Assembly (NCBI GenBank): GCA_964543385.1
Contig: CAZIYE010000002.1
Location: 90,001-122,000 of the forward strand
Direction of reading: 5' to 3'
DNA: 32,000 bases
Origin: an uncultured Candidatus Saccharibacteria bacterium
Lineage (GTDB): Bacteria; Patescibacteriota; UBA1384; XYA2-FULL-43-10; 1-14-0-10-43-13
Each line of letters begins with the position of its first letter. Positions within the stretch are counted from its first letter, which is position 1. Position numbers and translations under genes: made by a program. The notes under the pieces were generated by a model. That model was not told the DNA's origin. It made no database searches and saw nothing but the letters and a program-made list of their open reading frames with translations. Shown one piece after another: positions 25,318 through 32,000 of the stretch.

Positions 25318-26733
25318 ATGAAAAGATCAGAATTGTTTTTTGCCTTTCTACAAGTGCCCGTTGACGCAGCCATGATGGTGTTCGCTTTTGTCGCCTCCTA
25401 TTATTTGCGAATGGGGCTAGAATCAGTACCTGATTTCAACAACATTGGCGTTGATGATTATTTGAGATACGCACTATTTTTGATTCCCGTATGGATACTA
25501 ATTTTTGCTGCCAATGGGCTGTATTCAATAAAAAACACGACTGGTTTTTTGTTTGAGTTATATAGAATAGCCATTGCTACATCTGCAGCTATCTTATTTT
25601 TTATCATGATAATTTTTTTCACCAAGACACTATTCTTTTCTAGATTAATTTTAGGATTCATCTGGATCATCAGCGTTGTAGCTCTCATGACGGGGCGTTT
25701 ATCATTGAGATTAGTAAGAAAATATTTGTTAAAAATGGGTTTGGGCGTAAGGAATGTATTAATTATTGGCAATAACATTGTTTCCAAAGAAATCAATTAC
25801 GAGCTTTCGCGTACTTACTCCGGGTTCCATGTTGTCGGTGTTCTAGGAGAAGAGGATCATCTTTCTACGGGTCTTAAAGTTGTCGGTGATCTTGATAATC
25901 TTCCGATGATTATCAAGAAGTATGGGATTGATGAAGTTATTCTAACTGAAAGCAAGATAAGTGAAACTAAAATGATTGATATCATCGAGAGTTGTTATGA
26001 CCTAAAAGCTGGGTTTAAATATATTCCAGATGTCTTTGCTCTTATGTCGGCTAATTTTAAACCAGGATTAATAGGGTCTATGCCTGTAATGGAATTAAAA
26101 TCTATCCCACTAGACGGTTGGGGAAGAATTATCAAAAGAATTTTAGACATAGCTCTCGGCCTAATTGCCTTAATTATCCTTTCGCCGTTATTTATAATTA
26201 TCGCAATAATTATAAAGCTTTCTTCTAAGGGCCCTGTGATGTATCTGCATCAACGTGTTGGTCGGGATGATAAAGTATTCAATTTTTATAAGTTTCGCTC
26301 GATGTATTATGACCAGTGTGATTTTAAGGGCGGAGTCTATTGGACTACTAAAGAAGATGAAAATACTAGAATAACGCCTGTAGGTAAAATACTACGAAAA
26401 ACCAATTTGGACGAATTGCCACAGCTTTGGAATATAATAAAAGGAGATATGAGCTTTGTCGGTCCAAGGCCAGAGCTACCAAAACTGGTTGAAAAATTTG
26501 AAAAAGAAATTCCTGAATATTTCAGACGACACAAGGTAAAATCAGGACTAACAGGATGGGCTCAAGTGAATGGATTAAAAGGGGATACTTCAATAAAAGA
26601 TAGGGTAAGATATGATATCTATTACATAGAGAACTGGTCTTTGTGGTTAGACTTCAAAATTATTATTAAGACGATATGGCTGGTTATTTATGAAATCTTC
26701 AACGGAAAGTTTGAATATCGCTCTCGTTCATGA
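25318..26733 (+). CDS. Polyprenyl-phosphate glycosylphosphotransferase (undecaprenyl-P sugar transferase)
   Basis: N-terminal multi-TM/CoA-binding-like region; C-terminal KRILDIALGLIALIILSPLF, FYKFRSMY, RKTNLDELPQLWNIIKGDMSFVGPRPELP, SGLTGWAQVNG. Confidence 0.94.
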   Translation: MKRSELFFAFLQVPVDAAMMVFAFVASYYLRMGLESVPDFNNIGVDDYLRYALFLIPVWILIFAANGLYSIKNTTGFLFELYRIAIATSAAILFFIMIIFFTKTLFFSRLILGFIWIISVVALMTGRLSLRLVRKYLLKMGLGVRNVLIIGNNIVSKEINYELSRTYSGFHVVGVLGEEDHLSTGLKVVGDLDNLPMIIKKYGIDEVILTESKISETKMIDIIESCYDLKAGFKYIPDVFALMSANFKPGLIGSMPVMELKSIPLDGWGRIIKRILDIALGLIALIILSPLFIIIAIIIKLSSKGPVMYLHQRVGRDDKVFNFYKFRSMYYDQCDFKGGVYWTTKEDENTRITPVGKILRKTNLDELPQLWNIIKGDMSFVGPRPELPKLVEKFEKEIPEYFRRHKVKSGLTGWAQVNGLKGDTSIKDRVRYDIYYIENWSLWLDFKIIIKTIWLVIYEIFNGKFEYRSRS

Positions 26734-27817
26734 GTGGATTACAAATGTGGCAGGCGCTGAAAGAGTTCTTCTCGCACTAAAAGAGCTTTTTCCTAAAGCA
26801 CCTATTTATACGGCGGTGTTCGATCCGGAAAAAGCAAAACCATTCAAAAAATTTGATGTTAGAACATCTTTTTTGCAAAATGTTCCAATGATGAAAAGTA
26901 AAAGAGAATTATTAGTTCCCCTAACGCCGTTTGCTTTTGAACAATTTGACTTATCTGAGTATGATCTTGTTATATCGAGTACCACTGTTGCTGCCAAAGG
27001 GATTATAACTAAGCCAGATACTTTGCATATTTCATATTGTCATACTCCTCCAAGGTATTTATGGGAGCCTGATACCGACCCCAGAGCTCGTAAAGGCAAG
27101 TTTAGTTGGCTTCGTGAGGCTACTATTCACAATATGCGTCTTTGGGATAGAGTAGCGGCTGATCGTGTTGATAAGTTTGTTGCAAATTCTAAATATATAG
27201 CAAAGCGTATTAAGAAATACTACGGCCGGGATGCGGCAGTAATATATCCTGGGGTTGATACTAATAAATTTACTCCTGGGGATATCACTGATGTTAAGGA
27301 CTACTATCTTTTTGTCAGCCGTTTAGTCGATTATAAGCGCTGTGATATCGTTGTCGAGGCTTTCAATAAACTCAATATACCCTTAAAAGTCATAGGAAGA
27401 GGTCCAGAGAGAGAAAAATTAATGAAGATAGCTAATGATAATATTGAATTTTTGGGGTATCTTTCTGATGATGATATGAAAAAGTATTACCGCGAGGCTA
27501 AAGCATTCATCTTTGCTGCAGAAGAAGACTTTGGTATCGTTCCCGTGGAGGCTATGGCCTGTGGGCGTCCAGTGATTGCTTTTGGTAAGGGAGGAGCAAC
27601 AGAATCTGTTGTTGAAAATGTCACAGGAGTATTTTTTCCAGAACAGACCGCTGCGAGCGTTATCGAGGCTGTAAACAATTTCGACTCTTCCAAATTCAAC
27701 CCTGACCTAATCAGAAAACACGCCGAGAAATTTTCAGTCGATAGATTTAAAAAGGAAATTCTTGATTATATAGAAAAAATTATTGAAACTAAAAAAATAG
27801 CAAATAAAGGAGAGTAG
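26690..27817 (+). CDS. Glycosyltransferase family 4-like
   Basis: HEWITNVAGAERVLLALKELFP, GRGPEREKLMKIA, FIFAAEEDFGIVPVEAMACGRPVIAFGKGG. Confidence 0.92.
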   Translation: MKSSTESLNIALVHEWITNVAGAERVLLALKELFPKAPIYTAVFDPEKAKPFKKFDVRTSFLQNVPMMKSKRELLVPLTPFAFEQFDLSEYDLVISSTTVAAKGIITKPDTLHISYCHTPPRYLWEPDTDPRARKGKFSWLREATIHNMRLWDRVAADRVDKFVANSKYIAKRIKKYYGRDAAVIYPGVDTNKFTPGDITDVKDYYLFVSRLVDYKRCDIVVEAFNKLNIPLKVIGRGPEREKLMKIANDNIEFLGYLSDDDMKKYYREAKAFIFAAEEDFGIVPVEAMACGRPVIAFGKGGATESVVENVTGVFFPEQTAASVIEAVNNFDSSKFNPDLIRKHAEKFSVDRFKKEILDYIEKIIETKKIANKGE

Positions 27818-28956
27818 TGAAAAAAGTATTAATCACAATTGCATTCATGATGGTCGTTGTATTACCTGTTTCTGTCAGAGCTGCTTTTCTTGAGGCGGCT
27901 GATGACGTTAACGGAGGAATAGAGAATATTAGCAAAGATCAAAATGTCGAGAATGCCTATTTAGCTGGGGAGACCATAAATGTTGATGGAGATGTTAAAA
28001 AAGATTTAATAGCCGCCGGTTCAGTTATAAACGTTAATGGTAAAGTTGAAGACGACTTGATTGCCGCCGGTTCAAGCTTGAATATCAAAAATTCCATTGG
28101 CGGTTCTGCTAGGGTTGTTGGATCGACTATTACTATAAGTGAAAATATCAATGAAGATCTGTTTGCAGCTGGGGCTGAAATTCTAATCTCCGAAAAGGCA
28201 AAAGTTGCTGGCGATTTTATATTTATGTCTGGCAAAACGGATATAAAAGGCGAGGTTGGCGGCAGTATTAAGGCTATCGGCGGGGACGTTGTGATTTCTG
28301 GAAAGGTCAAAGGAGATATATTATTAAGGAATATCAATAAACTAGTTGTTGAGGATACTGCCGAGGTATCAGGAAAAATCGTGTATTACTCGCCAAATGA
28401 AGCATTGATTGAAAGCGGCGCAAAAATTGTTGGTGGAGTTCAATACAATAAAATAGATCAACAACTGGATAGCTGGGGCTCATACGCAAAAAAAATGACA
28501 TGGGGGATAACCCTTTATCAGATCATAGGATCCTTATTGCTATTGCTCATTTTCATCTATTTTGCACCAAAGATATCCAAAAAGATTGTTGAAGAGTTTT
28601 ACGCAAATTCATTGTTAAATATGGGTTGGGGTATCGTTACTTTTATCGTTTTACCAATAGTGTCACTGATATTGCTCGCTCTTTCCTTTAAGCTGACGAT
28701 AGTTTTGATGTTATTCTACTCTCTTTACATGGTTCTTGGATCAACATTTACATCTCTAGCGGCTGGTAGCTGGGCTTGGAAAAGTATTACTAAAGCTCAA
28801 GAGTATGAAGTTAATTGGCAATCAGTTCTTTTGGGTGTAGTCCTTACAACCTTGCTATCTTTTGTGCCAATTATTGGCAGTTTTGCGCTATTTGTACTTT
28901 TAATAATCTCTTTCGGTGTCCTTATTAGACTTACATTTGTCTCTCTGAGAAAATAG
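27817..28956 (+). CDS. Membrane protein with bactofilin-like/polymer-forming repeat domain
   Basis: Signal peptide, repeated G-x-V-x-x-D-L-I-A-A-G-x turns typical of beta-helical cytoskeletal/bactofilin domains, then C-terminal TM helices; GTG start overlaps the previous stop. Confidence 0.72.
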   Translation: MKKVLITIAFMMVVVLPVSVRAAFLEAADDVNGGIENISKDQNVENAYLAGETINVDGDVKKDLIAAGSVINVNGKVEDDLIAAGSSLNIKNSIGGSARVVGSTITISENINEDLFAAGAEILISEKAKVAGDFIFMSGKTDIKGEVGGSIKAIGGDVVISGKVKGDILLRNINKLVVEDTAEVSGKIVYYSPNEALIESGAKIVGGVQYNKIDQQLDSWGSYAKKMTWGITLYQIIGSLLLLLIFIYFAPKISKKIVEEFYANSLLNMGWGIVTFIVLPIVSLILLALSFKLTIVLMLFYSLYMVLGSTFTSLAAGSWAWKSITKAQEYEVNWQSVLLGVVLTTLLSFVPIIGSFALFVLLIISFGVLIRLTFVSLRK

Positions 28957-28977
28957 GCAAATAATCTGTATTTAAAG

Positions 28978-29013
28978 AAATACCGCCTGCTGACCTTGTC
29001 TGGGCGGTATTTC
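28978..29013 (+). terminator. Intrinsic terminator
   Basis: AAATACCGCC...GGCGGTATTTCT. Confidence 0.75.
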
Positions 29014-29100
29014 TGTCTTTTGGACTTGCGACCCTCTAGCAAAAAATGCTAAAATCAGTTTAGGAGAAAAATCACAGTAGTTGTGATTATTTGTTTGTGA

Positions 29101-31233
<2,133 letters not shown>

Positions 31234-31280
31234 TCGTATAAGAATAGCGAATAAGTGAATATTTAGAATAGGAACAACGA

Positions 31281-32000
31281 TATGGACGAAGAACAAGATA
31301 CAATCAATGAGAACGTTTCAGAAGAAATGGATGAAGTTGCAGAAAATCAACAGACCAATTTACCTGATGAACAGGTAATAGATAGAGAGGCAGATGGTTC
31401 TAGCTCTAGCTCCCCATTTCAGAAGCTTGACTCTATGAGTGATAAGTCAATTACTGAGGACGTCTATGATCCTCTGATTGGTTTTATGAAGCCACGTGAA
31501 TTGGTGACTGAGATGGAGACATCTTATCTTGATTACGCTATGAGCGTGATTGTTTCTCGTGCTTTGCCTGATGTTCGTGATGGCTTAAAACCGGTTCATC
31601 GCCGTGTTCTATATGCCATGTATGAGACAGGACTTCGTCATAATGTTAAATATAGAAAATCCGCTAAAGTTGTTGGTGAAGTTATGGGTAACTATCACCC
31701 TCACGGTGATACTGCTATATATGACACACTTGTCCGCTTGGCGCAGGACTTTTCCATGCGCTATCCAATGGTAGATGGGCAAGGAAACTTTGGTTCAATG
31801 GATGGTGACTCTGCTGCTGCTATGCGTTATACAGAGTGCCGGATGTCATCAATTGCCGAAGAAATGCTTATAGACATCGATAAAGATACTGTCAATTGGG
31901 CCGATAACTACGATGGCTCGACCCAAGAACCAGTTGTTCTACCGGCCAGGGTTCCAAATTTACTTTTGAATGGTACTGTTGGTATCGCTGTCGGTATGGC
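31281..32000 (+). CDS. gyrA: DNA gyrase subunit A, 5' part (runs off window)
   Basis: [15 protein letters not shown]... [83 protein letters not shown]. Confidence 0.96.

Overview
The window looks like an AT-rich bacterial chromosome fragment, probably Patescibacteria/CPR-like (inferred from protein style and a compact ValRS; not proven). It runs from a nucleotide-sanitation gene trio through a heliorhodopsin, ferritin-like protein, K+ channel, rubrerythrin and [FeFe]-hydrogenase-like neighbourhood, with tRNA-Gln(TTG) and RNase P RNA. Next come three tandem KGG-repeat stress-protein units and an orphan sensor kinase. An accessory region (about 11.6-21.1 kb) follows, then valS, envelope glycan genes, gyrB and partial gyrA. 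The accessory region holds an E1/ThiF-like protein, a PaaK/CapK-like adenylate-forming enzyme, an SDR, a Gfo/Idh/MocA oxidoreductase and an unknown 199-aa protein. That protein's Cys-rich C-terminal tail (..YSVPEFRKYLREECSCCGL) recurs as an unannotated 29-aa ORF and again as a fragment. A ~389-bp near-perfect direct repeat (16424-16812 and 20212-20600) carries a promoter, an internal terminator, and the 5' end of a (p)ppGpp-hydrolase-like HD gene. It flanks a 3.4-kb segment. The strongest leads are the recurring peptide tail beside E1/adenylating enzymes, the repeat-bounded segment, the structured 15.5-15.86 kb intergenic region, the heliorhodopsin neighbourhood, and the tandem KGG genes. All homology calls come from reading motifs; no database search was run.
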